A stretch of DNA of 64,000 bases from an uncultured Candidatus Saccharibacteria bacterium (GCA_964591445.1 CAZQAW010000001.1:83010-147009); one strand, 5' to 3'. Counted from the first letter of the stretch, positions 38,001-48,012 are shown. The notes: generated by a model not told the origin, from the letters alone. Numbers and translations: made by a program.

Positions 38001-41000
38001 AACATCAACTGTCCCAGTAAATGAATACGTCGCTCCGTTAAAAGAGACGCGTCCGCCGCCGCCGGCGCCTGAAGTTGTGGTATCAGTATGAGAAGGGATA
38101 CTTCCACCTTTTGCTGAGATAGTACCCGAACCAGACACACTACCATTTGAAAACCAAATACTTCCTCCCGAACCACCGCCGTTTCGCGTACCACCCGTAC
38201 CAGAAGAAGCGTCTTCACCATTTGCAGAAAGAGTACCGTTGACAGTGACAGTTGAAGCAACGAGTTTGAGTGCGCCACCACCGGCACCGCCTTGTCCATT
38301 TGCTTGACTAGCACAAGTAACACCCGGATAACATCCAGCACCAAAAGCACCTCCTGACCCAAGAGCAACCGGAGACGCACTTGAACCATATGGTGCACCA
38401 GCTGAATATGTAAAGTTGGAATCAAATCCTCCACGGCCACCGTATGATCCGCCAGGAGAACCAATAGACCCCGGAGAACCTACGTTTGAAATATATGAAC
38501 CAGGGCCGAGAGCTTGCGGAAAACCTTCAGCATTTGTAGTAAGAGTTCCTGATGCGCCTATCGTAATACTCCCCGCGTTGATGACATATCCAGTTCCATC
38601 ATTTGCAACAGTTGAAAGATCGCCATCGATATGCATGTCGTTTTGGAAACGAAGAGTACCTGCCGTCACTGTAATTGCGCCAGTAACAGTCAAAGAACCA
38701 AGCCCGCCCATGACAGCATATGGAGTATAAGTAACAGTATTCGTAAATCCAGTATCAAGCGTGAGCGAAGCAATGTTGTTTGCGCTGTAGTCGACGATGA
38801 CATCTTCACTTCGAGTTGAATCAAAAATAACAGCATGACCAGTATCAGGAACTACCACACCGCTCCAGTTTGATGCATCGCTCCAATAACCGCTTTGTCC
38901 AAGACCTGTCCATACACGAGTTGTCGAACTGACACCGCGAATCGTTTTTGAATCGTTTGCGTCGACACTGCCATCATTGTTTATATCAAGCCCAAGATAC
39001 GTTGCCGAAAACGTTCCGGAAAATGTCGTAAATGAAAGTCCGGAAATAACCAAAGTATCATTTGCAGAGAAACTTGAAGTGACATCGATCACCAATGTTT
39101 TATCAGAATCAGCGTAACTAACTGTCGTACTTGCTTTAGCACTCGCTGTTCCAGAAAATGTCGCGGTCGTATCTGTCGTATCCCACACCATTGCAGCACC
39201 AGCGGGGATCTTTATGCGTATGTCGTTGGTAGAAGTAATAACCGGAGTTTGACCATCCACAACAGTGATCGTCTGGATCGCTTGAGCTGCTTGGCTTTGA
39301 CTGAACACTTGGTTGTACGCACTATATATACCAGCAGCGGCGGCAGACGAAATAGTCATTGTACGGTTGTCGAGTGCATCGCTTCCGCCATCGTTACTTG
39401 TATCAATGCCAAGATTGGTCGGCGCAGAAACTTGAGAGAACGTTGTAAGCGAAAGTCCTGAAACTGTTATGGCATCATTTGCAGAAAAATTACTTGTTAC
39501 GTTAAGCACGAGTACCTTGCCTGACTCTTCATAGCTCACGGTTGTTGAAACTTTTGCGGCAGCTCCCCCGCCGATCGTCACAGTTGTGTCTGTCGTATCC
39601 CACAACATATTGAGTTCAGTCGGAATGCGAACGCGGATATCGTTTGTCGCAGTGATGGTTGCAGTTGAAGCATCGGTAATAGTAAGAGTACTGATTGCAG
39701 TTGTAGAGCCAGACACAGTATATACCTGACTCGCCGCAGAAGACACAGTCGCGGTGCTCGGTGAAAGTGTAGCTACTGTGTATGTTTGATCACATATTAA
39801 AGTATGACTTCCAGCACCAGTGTTTCCAGCATTGACATAAGGCGCAGCCCGATATGATTTTAAGTTCACTTGTGGAGTGCCTGTTGTATCGACACTAATG
39901 ATACCGTAGTGGTTACCGCTAGTAGAGTTACTACACACAAGTTCAGCACCTGCACCGGCCGGCGTAGTAGCTTTGATACTTGAATTCAAAGGGGACGCAC
40001 CAAACTCTGCGTAGTTATGAGATGTTGAAAGAGGGTTCTTATAGGAAACTGTATTGTGTTGATCTGCAGAAAGTACAAAAACATTCTTAAGGTTATTGCG
40101 TTTTAAAAAAGTATATATCTCTTGACGCTCAGTGTTGAAAGTATAAAAGCTATCATTTGCGTTTGCGACAGCATCAGACCATGGAGTTGGAGAAAGGATA
40201 AACTTAAAAGTTGCAGTGCTATTCTTGAGCCAGCTTTTTAGATGCGCCATTTGTGCTGCACCCAACATGCGATTTGAGTTACTTTCATATCCACGATCTT
40301 TACCACGATGTGTACGTGTGTCAAGCATGAAAAATGATGTATCACATACATTGAAACTATAGTAGAGTTCGTTCGGAACTCGAACAGACGGATTGACTTG
40401 TCCTTGGTAATTGTCAAAAGCAAGACGACTCACGCTGTAGCCGCTGGTCTTTCCAGCATCCCAATCGTGGTCATTGAGAGAAAGAGTTACGTGATCGTCT
40501 GGAGTGAGAAGTTCGTGATCATCCCACATAAAAACTGAGCCGATGGCTTTTGTAAAAGTCTTCATGGCAGAGTCTATCCAGTTTGCTTTGTAGTATGTTT
40601 CGATATCGGCTTGTGTTCCAGAACTTGGACCATAAATCTGATCTCCAAGAAACACATTGAAGTTTGGTGTTGCTGTGTTTACAATTTCATCGAAGTTTAA
40701 AGTTTCATTTCCAGCACTCACTGCCCCGGTGTCTATATCGGCAGAAAGCGAGAACACATAACTACATGCAGTACCAGAAGTCTTGAGTGTCACAAATGTT
40801 CCAGACGAGCCATTGCCTGATTGCACCACATCGTCAATGAGCACACGGTAATCATAGGAAGTATCCGGAAGAAGACCAGTGATAGAAATAGTACCTGTAT
40901 AATCTGTGCCTGAGCTGAGCGCAACTCCAGAAGTGATCGTGCCCGGATATGCATCACCTGTGAGCTTGTATTCAACTTTGTATGTTGAAGCAGAATCAGA

Positions 41001-41153
41001 ACGCACCCAGATCTTGATCGAAGTGTCAGTCGGTGCGCCGAGTACCGCTCCATATGAAAGTGTTGCTGCATGTGTCGACGCAGGCACGAACAAAAATGTG
41101 CATAGTATCATGCACACAAAAAGAATATAGGTAATGTATTTCGTGAACTTCAT
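35022..41153 (-). CDS. Giant secreted cell-surface protein (2043 aa): signal peptide, PhoD-like alkaline phosphatase, Gly-rich beta-helix repeats, 3x fibronectin type III, 2x peptidoglycan-binding domain
   Basis: Signal MKFTKYITYILFVCMILCTFLFVPASTHA. PhoD_N-like segment then FMWDDHE metallophosphatase. Repeated GGAGGGGRVSFNGATYSFTGT modules. Three about 95-aa FN3 repeats (PVISNIVATPT...TYHFRVKSND). Tandem LAVDGLFGK / LDVDGIFGK PG_binding_1 repeats at the C-terminus. Confidence 0.85.
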   Translation of the reverse strand: MKFTKYITYILFVCMILCTFLFVPASTHAATLSYGAVLGAPTDTSIKIWVRSDSASTYKVEYKLTGDAYPGTITSGVALSSGTDYTGTISITGLLPDTSYDYRVLIDDVVQSGNGSSGTFVTLKTSGTACSYVFSLSADIDTGAVSAGNETLNFDEIVNTATPNFNVFLGDQIYGPSSGTQADIETYYKANWIDSAMKTFTKAIGSVFMWDDHELLTPDDHVTLSLNDHDWDAGKTSGYSVSRLAFDNYQGQVNPSVRVPNELYYSFNVCDTSFFMLDTRTHRGKDRGYESNSNRMLGAAQMAHLKSWLKNSTATFKFILSPTPWSDAVANANDSFYTFNTERQEIYTFLKRNNLKNVFVLSADQHNTVSYKNPLSTSHNYAEFGASPLNSSIKATTPAGAGAELVCSNSTSGNHYGIISVDTTGTPQVNLKSYRAAPYVNAGNTGAGSHTLICDQTYTVATLSPSTATVSSAASQVYTVSGSTTAISTLTITDASTATITATNDIRVRIPTELNMLWDTTDTTVTIGGGAAAKVSTTVSYEESGKVLVLNVTSNFSANDAITVSGLSLTTFSQVSAPTNLGIDTSNDGGSDALDNRTMTISSAAAAGIYSAYNQVFSQSQAAQAIQTITVVDGQTPVITSTNDIRIKIPAGAAMVWDTTDTTATFSGTASAKASTTVSYADSDKTLVIDVTSSFSANDTLVISGLSFTTFSGTFSATYLGLDINNDGSVDANDSKTIRGVSSTTRVWTGLGQSGYWSDASNWSGVVVPDTGHAVIFDSTRSEDVIVDYSANNIASLTLDTGFTNTVTYTPYAVMGGLGSLTVTGAITVTAGTLRFQNDMHIDGDLSTVANDGTGYVINAGSITIGASGTLTTNAEGFPQALGPGSYISNVGSPGSIGSPGGSYGGRGGFDSNFTYSAGAPYGSSASPVALGSGGAFGAGCYPGVTCASQANGQGGAGGGALKLVASTVTVNGTLSANGEDASSGTGGTRNGGGSGGSIWFSNGSVSGSGTISAKGGSIPSHTDTTTSGAGGGGRVSFNGATYSFTGTVDVSGGTVNTAATSVGSRGQAGTVYFPSATLSNFTLTSNLTLGNDLQQTFGTLTVPNGYTLTLDGDIVAGTGYTLTATTLNVNSGGSIVGDGLGFPGGYTSASGVGATGNSSNRAAGGGYGGRGGNTALSYAGTGGAKYGSASSPVSLGSGAGRAKGGAGGGALKFVVSGTTTVDGTISSNGSIATGLAERGGGSGGSIWFSSGTVAGGGTIRANGGDGNQGGGAGGGGRVSFNGATYSFTGTLQVNGGTVTSTTGGHAGYTGTVYFPTQYPSSTFTLSNALKLGNDISYTFGTLTIASGGTLTLDSDPTASSNMGTGGTLNATYLTINSGGTLTVNAMGHHDTDTTTTGRGAACSSNRFNGAGHGGAGGQGQTTSTPLCPTITASDSQSYGSSTAPVTLGAGHLGGTTATSSYTATARGGGAMKLNVTDTLTVDGTLSANGDVGAAGGSIWGAVKNYAGTTGVITANGGAGGSGAIAGAASGGGGRIRFDYTNKTYSGTAPVANAGTGTSGTGSSNGSNGTFSESTVTDTTAPAISNIVVSSITATSATITWDSDERGSSLVEYGTTVSYGTSTTETDTSTRVISHTVNLSGLTGSTTYHFRVKSKDDAGTPNEGISSDQTFTTTVAPDVTAPVISNIVATPTHNSVQITWDTDEAASSIVDYGPTASYGTSTSEADTSPRVTSHSVTINSLSSSTTYHFRVKSNDAASNLGTSTDQTFTTTAAPDVTPPVISNIVATPTYNSVTITWDTDEIASSVVDYGPTISYGTSTTEADTSPRVTSHSVTINSLTSSTLYHFRVQSNDASSNLATSSDQTFTTSSAPVSGGAPGGAVIIIPTPPTNIQTPQNPGASVDTIAQKILAGYYKAGISKDEIKALQTYLNTEINAGLAVDGLFGKLSQAAIEKWKKTHTQSETPANTGTYTFKGYFKRGAKNAEIKEIQKYLNKALDLTLDVDGIFGKGTEAALIEFQKEHKISPAAGTFGAITRAYFNSHPL

Positions 41154-41248
41154 ACGGCTGCTTCAAAAATGTATTTGTATTATATCACCGAAGATATGAC
41201 ATGCCTATATTGGCAAATACAATAAACAATATATAATGGAAAAATCAA

Positions 41249-42640
41249 ATGATGAGCAGAACAAAGACCTATATTATAGTAGCAATTGCATTCATCCTCA
41301 TTGGCGGCATCGGCTTTTTGTCTGTGAAGAAAAATGCGCATACCGAAGTCGCAACCACAACGACAGAACTTCCTGCAAGCGACACTCTTGATTCAAAAAA
41401 TGAAACGATTGCCTCTGAAAAAACATCCGAGCACACCGAAGGAGAAGCGAAGATATTTTCAGACAACTTGGCAAGCGTCGGCAAAAACGAACACGGTCAG
41501 CGCGGCGAAACAACAAGCACAGAGACAACATCGCTTCTTATGCCGGTTGAAATCGACAAAACATTTACAAAGATCGGCGCAGGAAGAAGCCATGGAGTAG
41601 GCATAACAAGCGACGGAGATGTGTATACATGGGGTCGCAACAACTTGGGACAGCTCGGCTACAAAACTGACGATACGCAGTACAATCCGATTCCCCATCT
41701 TGTCATGTCAGACGCAAGCGACATAGCTGTAGGCCAAGACCACACTCTCGTATTGAAGAAAGACGGCACAGTATGGGGCTTTGGCTCAAACTACACGGGA
41801 GCGCTTGGAGATGGTACAAACACTGACCAGGCGACTCCAGTCAAAGTCAAAGATATGTTAGGTATTGTACATATTTTTACTGGATATAAATTCTCGATGG
41901 CAATTGCAAACGATGGCAAGGTCTATGCATGGGGCGCAACATGTGCACCTTCATCTGTGCGTGTTGCAGCAGATATTGCGGCGCGTATCAACACCCTGGA
42001 TGGAGGATATTACGACCCAGTTCCGTCCATCAACCCGAACGGCTACGACCATAACCAAGATTGCATCAACGAAGCTGTCATTGGTATTCACAGTAAATCT
42101 CCAGTGGAAATGAAGTCACTTTCTGGTGTGACAAAAGATATTTCGATCGGCTACGGACATGCACTTATACTTCAAAAAGACGGGTCAGTCTGGAGCTTCG
42201 GCTGTAACTTGTACGGACAAATGGGCAACCGCACATACAACAACAAAGTTGAAAATGCCAAGCCACAGAAGATCCTCGATATCGCAAACGTAAAAGCTGT
42301 TTCAGCAGGCTTCAGACATTCACTTGCGGTTACCGAAGACGGCAAGGTGTACATGTGGGGCATCAATGCAAAATTGGAAGACGGAAAACGGCTGCTGAAC
42401 AGCTCTTCGCCTGTTGAAATGAAAACACTTGATGTCAAAAATCTAGCAAGCGTCCACGCCGGCTATGATATTTCGTTTGCACTTATGAAAGATGGTGCGG
42501 TGTATGCATGGGGCGCAAACACAAACCATGTTGTGAACAATGCACCAGACCAAATGCTCGCACCAACTCTCATGCAACTTTCTAAGAAAATAAAGGTACT
42601 TGCGCCAGGCATAGACACCGTGCTTTTCCTCACGAAATAA
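41249..42640 (+). CDS. Membrane-anchored RCC1-repeat (beta-propeller) protein
   Basis: N-terminal TM, then repeated GxxHxxxLxxDGxVYxWGxNxxGQLG units. Confidence 0.8.
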   Translation: MMSRTKTYIIVAIAFILIGGIGFLSVKKNAHTEVATTTTELPASDTLDSKNETIASEKTSEHTEGEAKIFSDNLASVGKNEHGQRGETTSTETTSLLMPVEIDKTFTKIGAGRSHGVGITSDGDVYTWGRNNLGQLGYKTDDTQYNPIPHLVMSDASDIAVGQDHTLVLKKDGTVWGFGSNYTGALGDGTNTDQATPVKVKDMLGIVHIFTGYKFSMAIANDGKVYAWGATCAPSSVRVAADIAARINTLDGGYYDPVPSINPNGYDHNQDCINEAVIGIHSKSPVEMKSLSGVTKDISIGYGHALILQKDGSVWSFGCNLYGQMGNRTYNNKVENAKPQKILDIANVKAVSAGFRHSLAVTEDGKVYMWGINAKLEDGKRLLNSSSPVEMKTLDVKNLASVHAGYDISFALMKDGAVYAWGANTNHVVNNAPDQMLAPTLMQLSKKIKVLAPGIDTVLFLTK

Positions 42641-42641
42641 T

Positions 42642-43823
42642 ATGAAAACATTCCTTACGCCAACTCTACTTGTTGTTTCGTTTATTAGTTTCTGTACCGA
42701 CATCGCAACTGAGATGCTCTATCCGGTGCTTCCACTGTATCTTGCATCTGTCGGGTATGGGGTTGTGGTGATCGGTGCGCTCGAAGGATTTTCTGAAGCG
42801 TTTTCCGGACTCAATAAAGTTTTTTTCGGACATATTTCCGACCAGACAGGCAAGCGGAATATTTTTATGAAAATTGGGTACGCGCTTTCTGCCATTTCTC
42901 GCCCGCTCATGGGTGCAACAACTTCAGCGTGGGGAATTTTTGGCGCAAAATTTGCAGACCGAATTGGGAAAGGAATTCGTACTGCTCCGCGTGATGCGAT
43001 CATTGTTTCAGAATCAACTCCCGAAACTCGCGGACGCGCATTTGGTTTTCATCGAACGCTCGATGCATTGGGCGCAGTGATTGGCCCGATACTTGGAGCA
43101 CTAATACTTATAGTGCATCCAGGTAACTATCGCGCAGTATTTTTCTACGCTGTGATTCCCGGCGTTATCGCAGTTGCGCTGACGTTTCTTCTCAAAAAAG
43201 AACCAGCCTTGCCGACCGGTGCTATAAAAAAACGCGGACCAAGCTTGAAAGCATTTGCAACTTTTTGGAAACAATCTTCTAAAACTTACAAACAAATGGT
43301 GGTGGGTTTTACGCTCTTTGCGCTCATCAACAGCTCAAATGTATTTCTGATTCTGCGCGCAAAAGAACTCGGGCTCTCTGACTTGTGGGTGCTTGGCGCA
43401 TACGTGGTGTTCAACATTGTTGCGGCGCTGTTTGCATTTCCACTTGGAATATGGGGAGACAAATATGGCTTCAAATGGATGTATGTTTTTGGACTTTTCG
43501 TCTTTGCGCTTTCGTATGGGTTGTTCGGATTCGGACTTGCTTCAACATGGGCGCTCATCGCTCTGTTTGCTTTGTATGGCATTTTTGCATCTGTAAATGA
43601 CGGAACTGCACATGCTTGGCTTTCGCTCCATGTGCCAGCCGAGTATAAAGCAACCGGGCTCGGTCTTCAGATGACGCTTTCTTCGCTCGCTTTTTTTGCA
43701 GCGTCTTTATTCACAGGAATCTTGTGGAAACAGGTCGGTTCATCACTTACTTTTACCATACTGTCTTTAGCTACAGTAATAATGATCCTATACTTTGCGT
43801 TGCTTCGCTTCGAGAGCAAGTAG
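42642..43823 (+). CDS. MFS transporter
   Basis: 12 predicted TM helices; GKRNIFM / DRIGKG loop motifs. Confidence 0.75.
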   Translation: MKTFLTPTLLVVSFISFCTDIATEMLYPVLPLYLASVGYGVVVIGALEGFSEAFSGLNKVFFGHISDQTGKRNIFMKIGYALSAISRPLMGATTSAWGIFGAKFADRIGKGIRTAPRDAIIVSESTPETRGRAFGFHRTLDALGAVIGPILGALILIVHPGNYRAVFFYAVIPGVIAVALTFLLKKEPALPTGAIKKRGPSLKAFATFWKQSSKTYKQMVVGFTLFALINSSNVFLILRAKELGLSDLWVLGAYVVFNIVAALFAFPLGIWGDKYGFKWMYVFGLFVFALSYGLFGFGLASTWALIALFALYGIFASVNDGTAHAWLSLHVPAEYKATGLGLQMTLSSLAFFAASLFTGILWKQVGSSLTFTILSLATVIMILYFALLRFESK

Positions 43824-44108
43824 TTTTTTCTTTTTCGCAATTCCCCATCGATACCCGCCGAGACTTCCATCTTTGCGGATGACGCGGTGACAAGGAACAA
43901 CAACCGGCAAACTATTTTTTCCAATTGCATGTGCAACCGCGCGAATTGCCGTCGGCTTACCGATTTTCTTTGCAATGTCTTCGTAAGTCCGAGTCTGACC
44001 ATAAGGGATGTTGCAAAGTTCTGCCCAGACTTTTTGCTGAAATGGCGTGCCCGTCTGCGCGGGCACGCCTCTTTTTTTAGTTGTATTTTTTATAGAATTA
44101 CTTTTCAT
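43788..44108 (-). CDS. ogt: Methylated-DNA--protein-cysteine methyltransferase (active PCHRV site)
   Basis: YGQTRTYEDIAKKIGKPTAIRAVAHAIGKNSLPVVVPCHRVI. Confidence 0.85.
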   Translation of the reverse strand: MKSNSIKNTTKKRGVPAQTGTPFQQKVWAELCNIPYGQTRTYEDIAKKIGKPTAIRAVAHAIGKNSLPVVVPCHRVIRKDGSLGGYRWGIAKKKKLLALEAKQRKV

Positions 44109-44176
44109 ATCTGCGCTATAAGCTTCTACTGTAACACGACTTTCCGAGTTATTTCATTGACACAATGTTGTTATTT

Positions 44177-44440
44177 TTATTTCTTCTTCCACCGAGGAGC
44201 AAAGCCCGCCATGAATGCAAAAAGTTTTGCTTTCCATTTTGGTTCGCCTCGCGCAATGATCGCTTCTTTCATCGCTTTTTTGAATTCTTTTACGTCAGTA
44301 CCCTGGTAGCACAAAGCGCCGTTCGTGTAGCAGTACGAGCAGTATTTTTCATGTTCGCGGTTTGCGCCCATAGGGTCTTTTCTAAATGGCATCAAACAAC
44401 TTTCGCAATTCCCTTTCATTGTTTTTGGTTGGGGGTCCAT
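44177..44440 (-). CDS. Small zinc-ribbon domain protein
   Basis: CESCLMPF...CSYCYTNG pattern. Confidence 0.5.
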   Translation of the reverse strand: MDPQPKTMKGNCESCLMPFRKDPMGANREHEKYCSYCYTNGALCYQGTDVKEFKKAMKEAIIARGEPKWKAKLFAFMAGFAPRWKKK

Positions 44441-44464
44441 AAATAATTAAAAATTACTGATAAA

Positions 44465-45397
44465 TTACGCTTTCAATTGTTCTTTTAAGAACCTATTCAT
44501 GATTTCTGAAATTTCTTTTGCGTGAGGACTTTTAGGATTATTGAAACTATGTCCTCCTTCTTTAAATTCGTGATACTCTACATGGTTTCCGTTTGACTCT
44601 AGTAATCCGACAAGCTTTCTTGCCTGATCTACAGAAACTCTTGTATCATCTTCTGTATGCATAATAAGAAGCGGAATATCTTTTGGTATTTCTTTATAAA
44701 ATTCCGTCGCAGACCTTTTTTTCATTTCTTCTTCTCCACCACCAAATGCTTTAGTAAATATTTCTCGCATTTCTGGCCTTTCTTCTGCAGATTGAGCTAT
44801 ATCTGTTGTCCCTGCCAAAGACACAATGGCTTTTACCCAAGGCTCGCGTGCAGCAAGCAAATAGCTCATCATACCACCTCTGCTTCTTCCAACGACAACA
44901 GATTTGCCTGGCTTTGACATTGGCAATTGATCTGCAATTTCTTTTACACGCACAACATCATTCAAATCGTTACCACCCCATTCATCTTTTCCTTCGGAAC
45001 CAATTGCTCCTCTATATTCTGACCCCACAACAATTGCACCATTCTTGACCAACTCACAAGGAATATCTATGTATGCATTTCCAATTTTTTGCCCCGTACT
45101 CCCTATTTCTGAGCTACCTCCTCTATTCCAAACTATTACCGGCAGTTTTTCTTTTATTTCTTTTGGCACCCACAAATAACCGGCAATATTCAAATCGTCC
45201 GACAAGTATTTGTATTTATAAGCATCTATTGATGCATAATTTTCTTCAATTCTTTTATAATCTTCTTTAGAAAAATGTTCCTTTGCCCATGTAAAATACT
45301 CTTCGTCGAGCTCTACTTTTTCAACATCAGAAACAGTGGCAATATTTTCAAGAGATTGCTGAACATTGAATACTGGTTTTCTTTCCGGAGATTCCAT
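44465..45397 (-). CDS. Alpha/beta hydrolase of the prolyl-oligopeptidase (S9)/dienelactone-hydrolase type
   Basis: Nucleophile elbow GRSRGG. Catalytic Asp/His region HTEDDTRVSVDQ ... GGHSF. Confidence 0.7.
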   Translation of the reverse strand: MESPERKPVFNVQQSLENIATVSDVEKVELDEEYFTWAKEHFSKEDYKRIEENYASIDAYKYKYLSDDLNIAGYLWVPKEIKEKLPVIVWNRGGSSEIGSTGQKIGNAYIDIPCELVKNGAIVVGSEYRGAIGSEGKDEWGGNDLNDVVRVKEIADQLPMSKPGKSVVVGRSRGGMMSYLLAAREPWVKAIVSLAGTTDIAQSAEERPEMREIFTKAFGGGEEEMKKRSATEFYKEIPKDIPLLIMHTEDDTRVSVDQARKLVGLLESNGNHVEYHEFKEGGHSFNNPKSPHAKEISEIMNRFLKEQLKA

Positions 45398-45435
45398 GTG
45401 TGCATTTTAGCATACCTTGCAATGTAAATACTTAT

Positions 45436-45464
45436 TTGACTACTCAAATATTATGTGATACAAT
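45436..45464 (+). promoter_or_regulatory. Sigma70-like promoter TTGACT-17-TACAAT with TG extended -10, upstream of the HD-domain gene
   Basis: ttgactactcaaatattatgtgatacaat. Confidence 0.5.
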
Positions 45465-45559
45465 GAGTATAAGAATGGTTGCCCTATTATGAGCAAAAGA
45501 TACATTCCCGAGGCTCGCTGAAAACTCACTAGAGTAGGCAAACTTAAATACATTTACAA

Positions 45560-46465
45560 ATGAATAGAACTCAATTCAAAGCAAGAATGTTACAAACATT
45601 CTCTAAAAAAGACGTAATGTTACTTATGGCAGCTTATGATTTTGGAAAGGCTGCACACAGAACACAAGAAAGAGAGTCCGTCCCCTCTCATGCTTTAAAG
45701 GAAGAAAAAAGGTATTTTAACCACCCTAAACGTATTGCCTTACAAATGTTTGAGGATGGCGTCAGAGATATTGCGACTCTCTGCATTGCTTTTCTTCATG
45801 ACTCATTTGAAGATAGTGGTATATTTGGAAACCAGAAAGTAGATGGGTATGACGAAGCTCTGGAAGATGTATTTTTCCGCTTAGAGAGAATGTTTAGCAA
45901 AGATATTGCATGGGGAGTTATTGACCTTACGATGCCTATTGTTCAACAGGACTTGCAAAACTTGGGCAGGTTTAGCTCAAAGAACAAGTGCTTGGCATTT
46001 TACAAAAACAATCTTAAAAAAGCAGACATACGTTCTTTACTGGTAAAACTGTATGACCGTTTAGACAATCTCGAAACCATCGAGGTTAAACCTCCGAAGG
46101 TTGTGAAGATGAAACTCGAAGAAACAGAAGGATTTTATATTCCTCTATTTTCTAAAAGTTTTTCAACTCATAACAAGGAATACCGTGAACTTGCAGAAAT
46201 TGGATGGAAGAAAAATTCTGAATTAGAGAAGCTGGTTAAGGAGAAGAAGTTAGCACCGCCAGCATTTCAAAACAGGTACGGAATAATAAAAGTTGGCACT
46301 CGTGTATCATTTCTTGTTGAAAACCAGGATTCTTGGGGTGGAGATAACAACGGAATATTGATTTATGAGAAAAATGAGTTTAAAATCAAGACCCAAAATA
46401 GTGGTATTTTAACCATCGACAAAGGTTATGATGCATACTCCGGGACCATACAACCTGTGAGTTAG
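45560..46465 (+). CDS. HD-domain hydrolase of the RelA/SpoT (ppGpp hydrolase-like, small alarmone hydrolase) type with C-terminal extension
   Basis: KAAHRTQER...HPKRIA...IAFLHDSFEDSG. Confidence 0.65.
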   Translation: MNRTQFKARMLQTFSKKDVMLLMAAYDFGKAAHRTQERESVPSHALKEEKRYFNHPKRIALQMFEDGVRDIATLCIAFLHDSFEDSGIFGNQKVDGYDEALEDVFFRLERMFSKDIAWGVIDLTMPIVQQDLQNLGRFSSKNKCLAFYKNNLKKADIRSLLVKLYDRLDNLETIEVKPPKVVKMKLEETEGFYIPLFSKSFSTHNKEYRELAEIGWKKNSELEKLVKEKKLAPPAFQNRYGIIKVGTRVSFLVENQDSWGGDNNGILIYEKNEFKIKTQNSGILTIDKGYDAYSGTIQPVS

Positions 46466-46482
46466 TTAATGAACTTCAGTAA

Positions 46483-46518
46483 TCGCTGTGTTTTTAAAAC
46501 ACAGCGATTTTTTTTATT
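46483..46518 (+). terminator. Rho-independent terminator
   Basis: aatcgctgtgtttttaaaacacagcgatttttttt. Confidence 0.8.
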
Positions 46519-46565
46519 TAACCTCGCTTATTAAATTAACTGCTTGTAAGCCCCACATTGTACCA

Positions 46566-47135
46566 CTACTTCTTCCTCTTGATAAATATCGTCATTAAGG
46601 TATTTGTGCATATCATGGCGATCGAGTGGAAGGTCGTCGCGATGTTGTACGCATTCAGAGAAAACAATGTAAGTACGTGACGCGCAACGTTCATTTCGTA
46701 CAGCAAAGGCTGCTCGGTCTCCGGATGCTGCCATGTTTTTCGCAAAGTAGGAATAAAAGCGATGATGTCGATAATCACCACGATCACAACAGAAATAGTG
46801 GGGTCTTTCGTAAGAGCCCATGGTATAAGCCCGAGAAGCGCAAAAGCAAGAAAGTAGTGGTCGATAGTGCGGATATGTCCTACCCTTTTTTTGAAAAGAT
46901 ATTTGAGCGAGAAAAGAAAAATAATGATCGTAAAACCTTCTGCAACCCCCGTCGGCAAAGCTCCGATACCGGCGCCTTTGGCAAGCCCACCAAAAAAAGT
47001 TGTCATGGAAACGATAGACCAAATAAACCATGTATAAGGATGCGGGTGTACTTTATTACGCACCACATCTTTGAGATAAGAAATGTTTCCAACAAAAGCC
47101 AGCACCGCGGCAATGATAGCAAGAGTTTCTTTCAT
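46566..47135 (-). CDS. Hypothetical polytopic membrane protein
   Basis: About 6 hydrophobic helices; preferred over the overlapping 46531..47031 ORF. Confidence 0.5.
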   Translation of the reverse strand: MKETLAIIAAVLAFVGNISYLKDVVRNKVHPHPYTWFIWSIVSMTTFFGGLAKGAGIGALPTGVAEGFTIIIFLFSLKYLFKKRVGHIRTIDHYFLAFALLGLIPWALTKDPTISVVIVVIIDIIAFIPTLRKTWQHPETEQPLLYEMNVARHVLTLFSLNAYNIATTFHSIAMICTNTLMTIFIKRKK

Positions 47136-47316
47136 GAGTTATAGTGTAGCATTTTAATAGATAATGATTTAGGTTTTCTGCGGTGTACTCGGGTATGGTA
47201 CCCGTGGGTGCAACCCTTGTAAGGACATTTTAGCATCTTTTTAAGAGTAAGACTAAGGTTTGTGGGTCGCTATCTGCAAATGCCAACAAATGCCAATTTT
47301 TTGATATAATGCAAAT

Positions 47317-48012
47317 ATGAAGATGACAGTCGGCGAATTAATAGCAAAAGAAATGAAAGAAGGAAAAAGCTCTGTGACCCTTCCAAATGGGGTTCTTCCG
47401 CCTGGGGCTAAAGAAGCATTTGAATCGCTTGCTAATATGAAGAAAAACATAGAAGAACCACTTAAAAAACAACTTGGTGCGATAAGATCTATAACTGATA
47501 TATATGGACCACAATTACAACGAATGGCTGAAGCTCAAAAGATAATTGAAGAAAATTACATCATTCCAGAAAGAAGAATTCAAAATGTTAGAATAGTTAA
47601 TTCTGAAGACATGATAGTCAGATCAAACAGAAAGGAAAATAATGTAGTTGTTGCATCATATCTGTTGCCTAAAAATGCTAATTGGGAAAGTTTAAGTGTT
47701 CAATTTTTAGATGGACACATTGTTAACGTCTCTTATTCAGGAATGAAATCACAAAAGTTTGATTTTAAAGATATGGGCTTTATGAACATGAAGACGAACA
47801 AGCCAGATTTAAAATGGGAATTACTCCTAGCAATTGCGGAAAATAGTGGAGCATTAACTAAGTCTAAATGGAACAGAAAATTTGGGCGAAACGTTAAATA
47901 TGAACTTAATGAGAGATTAAAGAAATTTTTTGGTATGGATTCAAATCCTATTTCTCACTACACTAAAAAAGGAGGATATCGAGCCACTTTTTCTCTCACA
48001 GAAGTTAAATAG
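47317..48012 (+). CDS. Hypothetical protein (first gene of AT-rich island)
   Basis: ORF; terminator hairpin at 48035-48072 (aaagggactttttcttgtttaagcaaaagtcccttta). Confidence 0.45.
   Translation: MKMTVGELIAKEMKEGKSSVTLPNGVLPPGAKEAFESLANMKKNIEEPLKKQLGAIRSITDIYGPQLQRMAEAQKIIEENYIIPERRIQNVRIVNSEDMIVRSNRKENNVVVASYLLPKNANWESLSVQFLDGHIVNVSYSGMKSQKFDFKDMGFMNMKTNKPDLKWELLLAIAENSGALTKSKWNRKFGRNVKYELNERLKKFFGMDSNPISHYTKKGGYRATFSLTEVK

Noticed and set aside
46531-47031. 166-aa minus-strand ORF rich in Arg/Cys/His
   Set aside because: Alternative frame of the membrane-protein gene 46566..47135; composition looks non-protein-like.
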